This document shows positions 1 to 10,451 of a DNA stretch of 64,000 bases, in pieces. Each line of letters starts with the position of its first letter. Positions within the stretch are counted from its first letter, which is position 1. Made by a program: the position numbers and the translations under genes. Origin of the DNA: Raja brachyura (taxonomy: Eukaryota). The notes under the pieces were generated by a model. That model had not been told where the DNA came from. It did not search any database and saw nothing but the letters and a program-made list of their open reading frames with translations. The stretch spans positions 17,546,001 to 17,610,000 of the forward strand of contig OY740820.1 of the NCBI GenBank assembly GCA_963514005.1. The letters run 5' to 3'.

Positions 1-180
1 GTTGGTATCTGCAGTGAGCTGCCAGAAGAAGCTGTACAAGCAGATACAATTATGACTTTGAAAAGGCATTTGGACAGATAGGGTTAGGAAAGGTTTAGAG
101 GGCTATGGGCAAAATGCAAACAAATTGGACATGATGGGCCAAATGGCCCGTTTCCGTGAAGACATCGCTATGACTCAATG
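1..180 (+). mobile_element. CR1 LINE 3' end remnant
   Basis: Degenerate ORF2 C-terminus (ELPEEAVQADTIMTLKRHLDR) plus 3'UTR like other CR1 copies here. Confidence 0.7.
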
Positions 181-791
181 ATGTTGGTCATAAATCAGCA
201 ATAGGAAGTCATTCAGACAAAAAGGTCATACGTGCATGCATTTAGAAGCTTTCAGGTAGTCAGAATTTTTTTTCCCACAGTGTAAATGTCAAAGATAATA
301 AACCAAAGCTTTAAGGTGAAAGGGTCAAATTTTGATATTAACTATTGACCAGCCATGACTGGAAAAAGATTGAATCTATTTCAGCCCCGAGGTTCATTTA
401 GAATAGAACTAGCAAGTCACCAATCCCAAACAGGTATTTCAGGGAAGTTTCCGATACTCAATTTAATGCAATATCGGGTGGTCCACAGGCAGATTAACCA
501 GCGTCCAAGGAGCTGGGATGTTTTGCTGCTACTGGAGGGGGTGAACGGTGAACAAGATTCATTCTGCCTCTGTGCCAGTTACTAATCAACAACAAATTTA
601 TAAAGCACATTTAGTAAACTAAAACATCTCACCACACTACACAGGCAGTTTTCATTGCTTTCCAACAATATAATCCCTCCTTAAAAGAGTGGCAAGGGGT
701 AAAAGTCCTGGCAGCCAATTCTCTCACATCTGCAGCTATGGATGGATGGCATGGAGTTTTGGGGCAATAATATCCTATTGATTTTTGTTTT

Positions 792-1121
792 CATAAAAAC
801 ATAGAAATTAGGTGCAGGAGTAGGCCATTCGGCCCTTCGAGCCTGCACCGCCATTCAATATGACCATGGCTGATCATCCAACTCAGTATCCAGTACCTGC
901 CTTCTCTCCATACCCTCTGATCCCCTTAGCCACAAGGGCCACATCTAACTCCCTCTTAAATATAGCCAATGAACTGGCCTCAACTACCCTCTGTGGCAGA
1001 GAGTTCCAGAGACCCACCACTCTCTGTGTGAAAAAAGTCCTCTCATCTCGGTCCTAAAGGATTTCCCCCTTATCCTTAAGCTGTGACCCCTTGTCCAGGA
1101 CCTCCCCAACATCGGGAACAT
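792..1121 (-). mobile_element. CR1 LINE 3' end (young subfamily A)
   Basis: Near-identical to 35930-36270, with (TTTCTATG)n-type tail. Confidence 0.9.
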
Positions 1122-1199
1122 TCATGATGTAGGTCCAGGAGGTAGCCATTTCATACCTTCAAATCTATGGTGGATCATGAGATAATCGCATTATTTTAT

Positions 1200-1395
1200 A
1201 TTCTCCTACGTTCTCCCAGATTCTATCATTCGCCAAAACACCGGCGACAATTTAAAGCGACCAATTAACCTACAATCTTGGGTGTGGAAGAATATTGGGG
1301 TAAGCCACAGTCACTGTGTGCAAACTCCACACCAACAGCACCAGAGGTTAGGATCACTGGAGATGAGGGGCAGCAGCTCTACTATCTGCACCAGT
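1200..1395 (-). mobile_element. HE1-like tRNA-derived SINE, degenerate
   Basis: Contains caattaacctac...tgcaaactccacac...cagcaccagagg, the reverse complement of the SINE body at 28935-29237. Confidence 0.65.
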
Positions 1396-1705
1396 GTTCC
1401 AAGATGTTCCAAACCACTTTAATGCCACTGCCTTTTAAAATGTAGTAATCATAACATGTTGTAGGGTCAGATAATTAGTTTCAGTGACATTGATGAAGCG
1501 ATAAATATTGACTATGGCATTTGGAGGCAAGTTAATGTCCTTCATTGAAACGGTGTTGTGGGTTCTTTTGCATCCATGTGAGTGAGCCATCAGAATTTCA
1601 CTTTAACATCTTAAACAAAGAACCTCAGAACAACATGCTCAGATGTGCACTGGAGAGTCAATAGTCTCCAAAATGGGACTTCAATCCAAAAATAAGTCTG
1701 AATCC

Positions 1706-1740
1706 AAGTCTGAAGAAGGGTTTCGACCCGAAACGTTGCC
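1706..1740 (+). ncRNA. Minimal type I hammerhead ribozyme-like motif
   Basis: CTGAAGA A GGGT-TTCG-ACCC GAAAC GTT: both core boxes, 4-bp stem II with UUCG loop, palindromic ACGT as stem III. Stem I is only about 2 bp. Confidence 0.55.
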
Positions 1741-1837
1741 TATTTCCTTCGCTCCATAGATGCTGCCTCACCCGCTGAGTTTCTCCAGCATTTTTGTCAA
1801 CCTTCGATTTTCCAGCATCTGCAGTTCCTTCTTAAAC
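1706..1837 (+). mobile_element. Penelope-derived short repeat with hammerhead-like core
   Basis: Same unit as the 3' end of the GIY-YIG-bearing copy at 53778-54312. Confidence 0.8.
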
Positions 1838-2559
1838 CTTCAATCTCCTGATGTGGCAAATGCTATTAACTTAACCATGACCTCTGGTCATTCACCCTTT
1901 ATGTGAGAAAGGTTTATGTAGACATTGTTTCTTGCTAACACAATTTTATTTCCCATGTTACATAATTTCTCATATTCTACCAATATATTAACATGTTAAA
2001 ATAAAGAAGAAAGAGGACTTTTTTCCCCCCCCAAACGTATTTTTCTCAGAAACATTCCTCTTAACTTTAAAAACATTTATTTGCACTGTTTATAACTTCT
2101 CCCAGGTTACTGGAGTCCCACCCCAGAACTCACTCAAATTTGTTCAAGATTACAGAATATATACCATATCCAAGTTTACACAAGTCACAGGATAGGCCTT
2201 TCATTAATCACTCCACATCATCAGCCCACAGTTAAAGACGCAGCAACTGTTTGGGACTGTCTGCTTTTATCGTCTGATGTAAGATGAGAGACATCATCAT
2301 CTGATGATGAGAGCGGTGGGGATGCATGCACGTATGACTTATTTTTTGTCTCTGCGACTTCCTATTGCTGAAGGGTCTCGGCTTGAAACGTCGTCAGACC
2401 ATGTCCCTCCACAGATGTTGCCTAACCCGCCGAGTTCTTCCAGCGGCTTGTTATTTGATCACTGATGAAATGATTTGTTCAATTGACTAAATTAATAATT
2501 TTATATTTAAAACTAGACATTTATCTCTAAATATCTCCATGCATCTTAGAAAAGTGCAA

Positions 2560-3200
2560 GGCAATGAGTTTTCAACACAGAACCTTACAACATGCCATTG
2601 TTGTTTAAGGGCATTAACATCCATGGGTCCCACACCATCGACAATGACCACTGAAACCCACTACTGACTCCACATAAGTGTTGTGTTGTGACAAGAAGAA
2701 TTCAGAGATCGGGCATCCTGCATAGCTCACTCCATGATTCCTCAAAGCTTTTTCAATATCAAGTCCAAAGCAGGATGAAATACACTCCGTTTACCTCCTT
2801 TGATGAATGCAGTTACAACATGTGATAAACTTCACTCCATCTGGGGAGAAAACATCTACTCAAGATGCAACGTAAGCTAATCATTCAACCGTCCCACCAC
2901 CAGCACCTCTGTGTAGAGTGCACACAATCTGCAAAATGTCCTTCAGTTACTCGCAAAGGCTGCTTCAAGAGCCATCCCCATGAACTCCACCACTATAGAG
3001 GACAAGGCCAGCAAGCTTGTGGGAATAGAATCATCAGCCATTGTAATTATATAAACATTTCATCAATGTCAATGGATCCACATCATGGAACTCACTCCCC
3101 AAGAGCACTGTGGAGCTACTCACACCAGACAGACTGCAGTAGCGTAAAGTTGCTCTCTACCACCTTCTGAAGGCCAATAAACGTTGTGCTTGCCAGCAAA
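2560..3200 (+). mobile_element. Old CR1/L2-group LINE 3' region
   Basis: Degenerate ORF2 C-terminal motifs (SWNSLPKSTV...); related minus-strand pieces at 37120-37300 and 56160-56600. Confidence 0.6.
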
Positions 3201-3224
3201 GTCTACAACAAAGAGCCACACCCC

Positions 3225-3560
3225 ATATAGAAAGTCTGAAAACACACTCCTACAGATTCAGGAACAGCTTCTTCCCAGCAGTTATCAGGCAACTGAACCA
3301 TCCTACCAACTAGAGAACAGTCCTGAGCTACTATCTACCTCTTTGGGGACCCTCAGACTATTTTTGATCAGCCTTTACTGGACTTTATCTTGCACTAAAC
3401 AATATTCACATTATTCCCTTTATCATGTATCTGTACACTGATTGTAAGCATATATTGTCTTTCTGCTTACTGGTTAGCACGCATCAAAAGCTTTTCACTG
3501 TACCACAAATCACGTGACTCGGTACATGGTACATAAGACAATAAACTAAACTCAACTCAT
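3225..3560 (+). mobile_element. Rex1/Babar LINE 3' end
   Basis: Encodes YRSLKTHSYRFRNSFFPAVIRQLN (with a frameshift), then 3'UTR ending aataaactaaactcaactca. Confidence 0.75.
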
Positions 3561-4401
3561 TTTATATCGGAAGTCGATGGTACTTGAACTGGAAGATTAG
3601 AACGGTGATTTGAGGCAGATGAAATTTTGAAACAGGTATTGGCAATGCAGGATCTTGTACTTGAATATGCTATATAAATAACACTTGATGTAATTCAGTA
3701 CACGGATGGTTCCGTCTTTGGGAGAAAGGGAAATGGGAGGCCTGGCAGGTGGGCATTGGAACAGCAGAACTGGTAACAGTGGAATGGTTGGTGGTTTTTG
3801 CTCCTGTAAATGATCATTTTGGCTACAGCTCCTGCTTCCACGTCAAAACTGAAAGTTCAAACGTGTTTGGACAATATAAATTCTATCCATTCCTGCGGAA
3901 TACCATTCAGTACAAAATAACCTGTACAGAAAATGTGTTATATTAGCAGCAAATACAGACATGCCTCGCAAACCAACATAAATCAGTAGTTCACTCTGAG
4001 ACACGTTGATGCTTCTATATGACCCACTGAAAAATATTTTTTTCCCATGGAAATTCACAAGTATAAAATATATAATACGTTAAAAGGGGTTCCTTGCAAT
4101 AATTGAACTGCAATTATAGCTTGCCGTGAATCATATATCTTTCTGCTTTGTACATGTCACAACAAGTAATTCATCCAACTAATGCTGACAAATGGCTGAG
4201 GGTAATTAAAGACATTTATATGCATTGATTACCACATTATAAACTATTAGATTATTTCACATGAATGAGTGTGTGAGAGAGAGTGTGAGTGTAAGTGTAA
4301 GTGTGTGTAAATACTATATATCACATTTGTGATCAGAATGGAATTTAGTGCTGCCTCTCCTATCTTTCACAATCCAGCCAAACGAAAGAGAGAAATATTT
4401 A

Positions 4402-4576
4402 GTAGGAAAAAACTGCAGATGCTGGTTTAAACTTTAGACACAAAAAGCTGGAGTAACTCAGTGGGTCAGACAACATCTCTGGTGAAGGGTCTTGACCTGA
4501 AACATCACCCGTTCCTTTTCTCCAGAGATGCTGTCTGCCCCGCTGAGTTACTCCAGCTTTATGTGTCTATCTTCAG
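4402..4576. mobile_element. Palindromic Penelope-derived repeat
   Basis: Arms gacacaaaaagctggagtaactcag...catctctgg / ccagagatg...ctgagttactccagctttatgtgtc. Confidence 0.8.
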
Positions 4577-4712
4577 ATAAATATCATTGCATAATTAAAA
4601 CTCAGCACTAATAAAGCAAATGACAAGTTTCATTAAAGCCAAGAACTATGATGGAGCTATCAGTACTGCAAAGCTCCCACCCCCTCTCCCCGCGGAGAAT
4701 ATCTATTCTCCA

Positions 4713-4876
4713 TTTGTAGGAAGGAATAGCAGATGTTGGTTTAAACTGAAGACGGACACAAAATGCTGGAGGAACTCAGCGGGACAGGCAGCATCTCTGG
4801 AGAGAAGGAATAGGTGACGTTTCGGGTCGAGACCCTTCTTCAGTCTGGGGGTTAGGGGAAAGGGAAACATGAGATC
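4713..4876 (-). mobile_element. Penelope-derived repeat with intact hammerhead core and 14-bp TSD
   Basis: ATATCTATTCTCCA at 4699-4712 and 4877-4890; minus strand CTGAAGAAGGGTCTCGACCCGAAACGTC at about 4816-4843. Confidence 0.85.
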
Positions 4877-5119
4877 ATATCTATTCTCCACTCAGCTTGT
4901 GATTGCTTCGTTGAAATTGGGTAGCTACACAAAGAACAACTTGGATCAATCCATTGCTCAATGGTGTGGTGTGTTGCTGCTGCTTGGACTGAACTCCAAT
5001 CTACCCAAAACTGCAACAGCACTTTCTTAAGAAAGTGTTAATGCATATTGAACTCATTGCTTACGGAATCCATGCCAATTATCAACCATCCAATTACACA
5101 AATCACACATGAATCCAAT

Positions 5120-5330
5120 TTAATTCTCCCACCCACTCTCCACAATAACCTATACAGTAGGAGCAATTAACCTACCAACCCACATATCTTTGGAGCGTGG
5201 GGGGACACCAGAACACCTGGAGAAATCCAACAGGGTGAATGAACAAACTCCATACAGAAAACACTAGAGGTCATAATTGCACATGGTCACTAGGGCTGTG
5301 CAGCAGAAGCTCTGTAGCTGTGGCAGTGTT
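5120..5330 (-). mobile_element. HE1-like SINE, degenerate
   Basis: caattaacctaccaacccacatatctttggagcgtggggggacaccagaacacc...aaactccatacaga. Confidence 0.65.
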
Positions 5331-5644
5331 TCGCTCAATATTCAATGAGTAATTTAACTTGAAAAGATAAAATATAAATCATATAAAGCCTTCACCTGAA
5401 GAAAGGAAAACAAGGCCTTTAAGAAACTAATTTTATAATTTATACACATTGGTTTTCTCTTCCCCCACAACAATGAAATACATGGAAGAAGTCTTCCCTT
5501 TGATATTTCCAGGGCAAATTCAGATGCACAAAAGAAACGAACCCAGAAAAAAAAAATCAGTTGGAGAAACCTAGTACATAAAGAACTTGCCAATTCAATA
5601 AAGATCATCTTATAAAGAAGTGGGTGATCGTTATTTCCTCATTT

Positions 5645-5815
5645 TCAGAATTCCCTGCATCCCAATGACGTGCGGGTATGTAGGTTAATTGGCCTCTGTA
5701 AATTGCCCTTGGTGTGTCGGGAGTGGATGAGAAGGTTGGACAGTATAGAACTTGCGTGAATGGTTGATCGAAGGTCGGTGTGGACCCGGTGGGCCTGTTT
5801 CCATGCTATATCTTT
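5645..5815 (+). mobile_element. HE1-like SINE 3' half
   Basis: catcccaatgacgtgcgggtatgtaggttaattggcctctgtaaattgccc...gggcctgtttccatgctatatct. Confidence 0.75.
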
Positions 5816-6059
5816 CATGCAATCAAGTCCATCCAAAAAGGGAAGAGTAGCCAAAGAATAAGCCTTGGAGAAGGTGGCGATTAGCAAGGATGTATTTGCA
5901 AAGATATTTATCCCTGTAATTTCATTGAAACAAACCTAAAAATAAATGGGATTCTAAAAAAAGGTACAAGACATTTATGTACTTGGAAGGAAGATGACAG
6001 AAAAAAAGCACTGGCCCTAACCTCTGACAAATACAAATCAGTAATTAAATAAAGATAAC

Positions 6060-6065
6060 ACTTAC
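6060..6065 (-). other. 5' splice donor (GTAAGT) ending the PEAK1 large exon, phase 2
   Basis: Minus strand reads TTTAATAA|GTAAGTGT exactly where the long ORF ends; 3206 coding nt gives phase 2. Confidence 0.88.
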
Positions 6066-9000
6066 TTATTAAATTTCTTTGGTGGAGGAGTAGGAGGAGG
6101 AGAGCTTTGTCCATCCAGACAGCAGTTCCCGTTTCCCTTTTCAGCAATGCCTGTTGTAGGCTTTTCGGTGTCATTCAATCCAGATGCCTTGACCTGTTTT
6201 TCGTTGAGTGCGGGGTGAATTTCAGTGTCCACTGCGGCAATATCTAATTTACCATCCTCAGCCTTTGCATCATCCAGTCCAGGGTCTGGTTTGTAATTCA
6301 GCATAGCAGACAGTTGCTCAGACGGTTCCAATATTTTCTGTTCACTGCACAGTCGCTGGATGGGCGGTGGTGGCAGCATATGTATCACCCGTCCATTCAA
6401 TCCAATTAACTTGTCCTTGTCTTTATCTTTCTCCTCCTCTTCCTCAGTCTTGCGGCGACGGAAGAAGCTTTTGAAGGAAATCCATCGTTTTGGTTTGGTC
6501 TCTTGTGGGCGCTGGCGACTCTCGGGGTTCAACAAGGGACATTCAGTCTCAGTTGTTTGTACGGGACTTGTTGGCTTCCCCCAGTTACTGAAATGTTTCT
6601 GCAGAAGATTGCTTGCATGGTAAGGGGACGATGTCGAACGAGGGGGTGGAAACGGAGGCAGGTGTTCACTCTTCGGGCTCTGACTTAGTGCACCAGGTGA
6701 TTGTGCACATGGTTTAGAAATGGGAACAGTAACTTGCTTTGTAAGGATACTTTCGTTCTGTCCTTTCGTAACATTGCCATCCATTGCTTTAGATGCATCT
6801 GTTCCACTGCTTGCCTGCGGGGTGAATAATGACTTTGGCCGAATATAAAGATCGCCACTGCCTTCTGAAATGGCAGGAGGTTGAGAATAGAGCTCTTCTA
6901 CACTGCTAGCTTTTGATTGTGTCTGAGGAATGTCGGGGGGCAGCTGTGGAGGCTGAATGGATGCCACAATTTGAGAGAGCACAGCATTGGCATTTTCTCT
7001 GACGACTGACAATTTCTGCCTTTCTGGAGTTTCCTCTTTCCTGGAAGGCGAGTCTTGAATAGATCGCTGAGCTTTAGTTGGAGAGCACTGGTTGGATCCA
7101 AAGCTTTTGTGAGGCGAGGACGGGTTCTGTGCTTTGCTTTGTGCATTGTTGAATTCCTGCACTTTTTGTGCAACAGTGCCACGCATTTTTCTTTCTGTGC
7201 TGGTACTTGGAGCTTTTGCTTGGGGCAAATTTGCAGATTTCTTTTCCGCTGATCCGATTTCTTCGTAGGTGTGACTCATCGCATGTTCTGAAGTGTCCTT
7301 TTTCATATGTTGTCCACTGGGACCCAAAAAGCTTTTATAGATGGCTAAGTTATCATAAGCATTTGGATTAATTACTATTGGTACTTTTATAGCCTTATGC
7401 TTTGAGCTCTGTGCATACGTTGGCTCATCGTGTATAATGATAGGGAAAGGCGGCATCCCAGCATTGTTGTAACTATTAAACTTAATTTCAGACAGATTTG
7501 GTGACTTCACAGGAATTGTTTTGGAAATGATATTTGTATTAGTTGGTGAAGTTGGGGCAGATTTATGACTCATCTGTCTTGGCGGAGGTGTTGGGCCAGA
7601 GCTACTCGTCATTAACGCGACTCGAGGCACCTTTTGTCGAGGGCTTGTGCTGGAAGTCCACACTTCTTGATATCTAGTGATACTAGACCTTTTCTGGTTG
7701 TTGATCTGGCTTGGAGGTGGCGTTGTTGGGGTTGTACTTAACGGTGAAGTCTTTGGACCTTGAAGCAATTCAGGTGGACTACCAGACTTTTTATTGTTCA
7801 TTGCCGCTGAGACGTCAACTACAGTGTATGGTTTACACATACCTGGTGGCTCCAAGTCAACAACCCTGTATGGTTTTGCTTGTTCTTCCTTTGGAATAAT
7901 ATTAATTGTCACAGTTTGCCCAGAACTGTCCGTGGAACCTGCAACCAAATCCTGCTTCTCACTCTGCAAGGCTATCTTTCCATCTTTCTCCTCCAGCCTC
8001 AAAGCAAGAACTGCTTTATGAGTTTCGAGAGACTTTACCGCAGTACCTCGTGCTGGTTTAAACGGAGCCTGCTTTACACAGGAAACCTGCTCATTTTCAC
8101 CAATGCTTTCGTAATCTGGCTCAATTGACTTGACACTTTTGCAGTCGCTCGGTGTGAGATCACCATTGCAAAGCTGTTGATGCAAAGTTTTTGTCGTCCC
8201 TGTTTGAGATCCATCTGTCATCGAAGAATCAGGAGATGTGGATTCAGAAGATAAAACGCTTGGTAAACTGTCCTGGCCATATGGGATCATGGCTTCATCG
8301 CCATATCCATTAAGGATGTCATCATAACTATCATCATAGTCCACAGCACAAATTCTGAGTAGGGACTGCTTTCGTAATGGCACAGTGTTCCACTTTTTGT
8401 CATTGCAGAATCTGACAGGAGACAGTGTATTGGCCCTAAAATTAGCAAACCGTGGCTGACCACGCATTCGTATTTCCATTGCCAACAGCTCCTCGTCACT
8501 CTCATCCCAGCTTTCTCGTTCTTCCGTCACATTCTCGCTCGGATCATTCTCCGCTCTGCAATCACCGCGGAAGGAGCAGTCGGGGTAGCAGAAGAGTCCT
8601 CCCTCGTTGCTGATAACCTCGGAACTGCTGCAGAGCACAACGTGCTTCCCTGCGTTCTCCTTCATACCTGCCACAATGCAACTTGGAGGAATTTTCCTTT
8701 CCAACGAGCGCTGATAACATTTGTTGATGCGTCCAAGAAAGGTCTCTTTGTCACATTCTTGGTCTTGTACGTGTGGTTCAGGTTCAAAGCCCACAATTTC
8801 CTTCAATACATCAGTTAATCCATTGTTGTTATTGTTAGGTTTCCTATTACTATTAACCCTGTCTGGACCATAAGGTCTCTGAGAATGGCTGCTGCTCTCT
8901 TCATTATTATTATTATTGTTCACAAGTTTCCTGGTGATGACAACTCCATTCCTATTCCACCCTACAAACATGTGCTTATTTTCACAGCTTTCCATTGTCT

Positions 9001-9271
9001 CCACTTCTGGACTCACAGTTTGTCCATCTGTGACCATCATTGTGGGCTTCACAGCAATAGTTGGCTTCTTGGCAACAGGAGGCCGAAAATTACCAGTAGC
9101 TGACCTACCCCTCTGGTTGTTGCTATGATTAGCATTAGTTTTTAAATTGTTATATGAACGAGGAGGGGTTTCAGAAGTAGTAGTTAAACAATGCAAACTT
9201 TTGGGTTTAAAACAGTTCTTACATTCACCAGGTTTCCATACGTGTTCAGTGAAGGTATTACAGGCGGACAT
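6066..9271 (-). CDS. PEAK1: PEAK1 (pseudopodium-enriched atypical kinase 1 / SgK269), coding part of the large first coding exon; partial gene
   Basis: 1069-aa ORF starts MSACNTFTEHVWKPGECKNCFKPKSLH and contains RFANFRANTLSPVRF, NAYDNLAIYKSF, SHTYEEI, PFPPPRSTSSPY and KPKRWISFKSFFRRRK, all recognised from vertebrate PEAK1. The ORF-track stop (6062-6064) lies inside the donor AA|GTAAGT, so the CDS continues in exons outside the window. Confidence 0.95.
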
Positions 9272-9410
9272 TTTTCATAGAGCTACTCATGAAACACACC
9301 TTGTTCACTGCATTGTTGTACAATCATTGATTCAGTTCCACCTTATCTGCCACAAGGTTCTTAATTGATACTGTGTGTCAACTCATACCTGCAAATGGAA
9401 CAAAAGATTC
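9272..9410 (-). other. 3' splice acceptor (AG at 9390-9389) and 117-nt 5'UTR portion (9272-9388) of the PEAK1 exon
   Basis: Minus strand TCTTTTGTTCCATTTGCAG|GTATGAG: pyrimidine tract plus CAG, 117 nt upstream of the ATG. Confidence 0.75.
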
Positions 9411-10024
9411 ATTAACCAGGGATGCAATGAACTTTTGATTTAGATACACGAGTGCTGACACATTTAATCAGTGTGATTTTAAATTGAAATCTATCCACAA
9501 AAATCTATTTCCTGTCTAGCCAAATTCCCAGCTGGGACATGAGATAATTAAGAGTGACCTTCAGCCCCAAAGAGATTCCATAAACCGAGAGACAGAGAAT
9601 AAATATTAGCACTTTTATTCTGTTCCAGACAGAATCCTCCATTATTACAATGTACACTGCCAGATAGCTAATCAAATACTACATCATGTAACTCACTCTG
9701 TAGACTGGTTAATATCCAAGCTAATGCCTTTCTAGCCTCACCATACACAGGTTGGGATCTGTGGATCGAGAGCATTTAAAGGTAAAACTTTTTTTTGTGC
9801 TTAAATAAGGCAGCTTTTTATTAGAAATAACATACATGCAAGACTGCCAACTATATTGCTGGTCACAGAATAACTCCTTTAAAATTAATGCATTTAACAT
9901 GATGAAAATGTTTTGTTAAAAAGTCTTTCATTCAAGATTACAAAACGAGATTAAAATAAATTGTTCCAGCTTAGATTATACCTCAAGCTAACTGCTAAGA
10001 AGCAAACTTTCTCAAGTGTACCAC

Positions 10025-10365
10025 TTTGTAACTTTATCAGCGCCCTTTGTATGACGACTATTGCATACCTTGCGTATCCAAGCAAAGAATTTCACTGCGA
10101 CATGTTATAGAAACATAGAAAATAGGTGCAGGAGTAGGCCATTCACCGTCATTCAATATGATCATGGCTGATCATCCAACTCAGTATCCTGTACCTGCCT
10201 TCTCACCATACCCCCGATCCCTCTCGCCACAAGGGCCACATCTAACTCCCTCTTAAATATAGCCAATGAACTGGCCTCAACTACCTTCTGTGGCAGAGAA
10301 TTCCAGAGACTCACCACTCTCTGTGTTATTGACACTCACGTGTCAATAATGTATTCATTCATTCA
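10025..10365. mobile_element. Rex/Babar-type tail (+) interrupted by a CR1 3' end (-, 10108-10325)
   Basis: gaatttcactgcgac...gtgtcaataatgtattcattcattca is split by a subfamily-A CR1 tail. Confidence 0.75.
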
Positions 10366-10451
10366 TGTACCAATTACCAGATCCCCAATTCAACAGTGAA
10401 TAGTCTGACAATTTCATAGCTGCGTAATTATACATTTTCAAAAATCTATTA

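Larger units (their letters stand above)
1400..1880 (-). mobile_element. Deu-domain SINE (SacSINE1/AmnSINE-like), old, interrupted by a Penelope-derived repeat
   Basis: gataaatattg...gggttcttttgcatccatgtgag...tttaacatct...tgcactggagagtca...tgggacttcaatcc resembles the reverse-complement Deu core as I recall it; head continues after 1838. Confidence 0.6.

Noticed and set aside
2290-2320. CTGATGA inside a small palindrome as another hammerhead
   Set aside because: No stem II followed by a GAAA box.
6062-6065. Stop codon making the 1069-aa ORF a complete gene
   Set aside because: The TAA is part of the GTAAGT donor and PEAK1 needs its C-terminal pseudokinase. I saw no nearby minus-strand AATAAA to support an intronic-polyA isoform.
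6360-9368. Many short ORFs overlapping the PEAK1 exon
   Set aside because: Antisense or alternative-frame by-products with no recognisable motifs.
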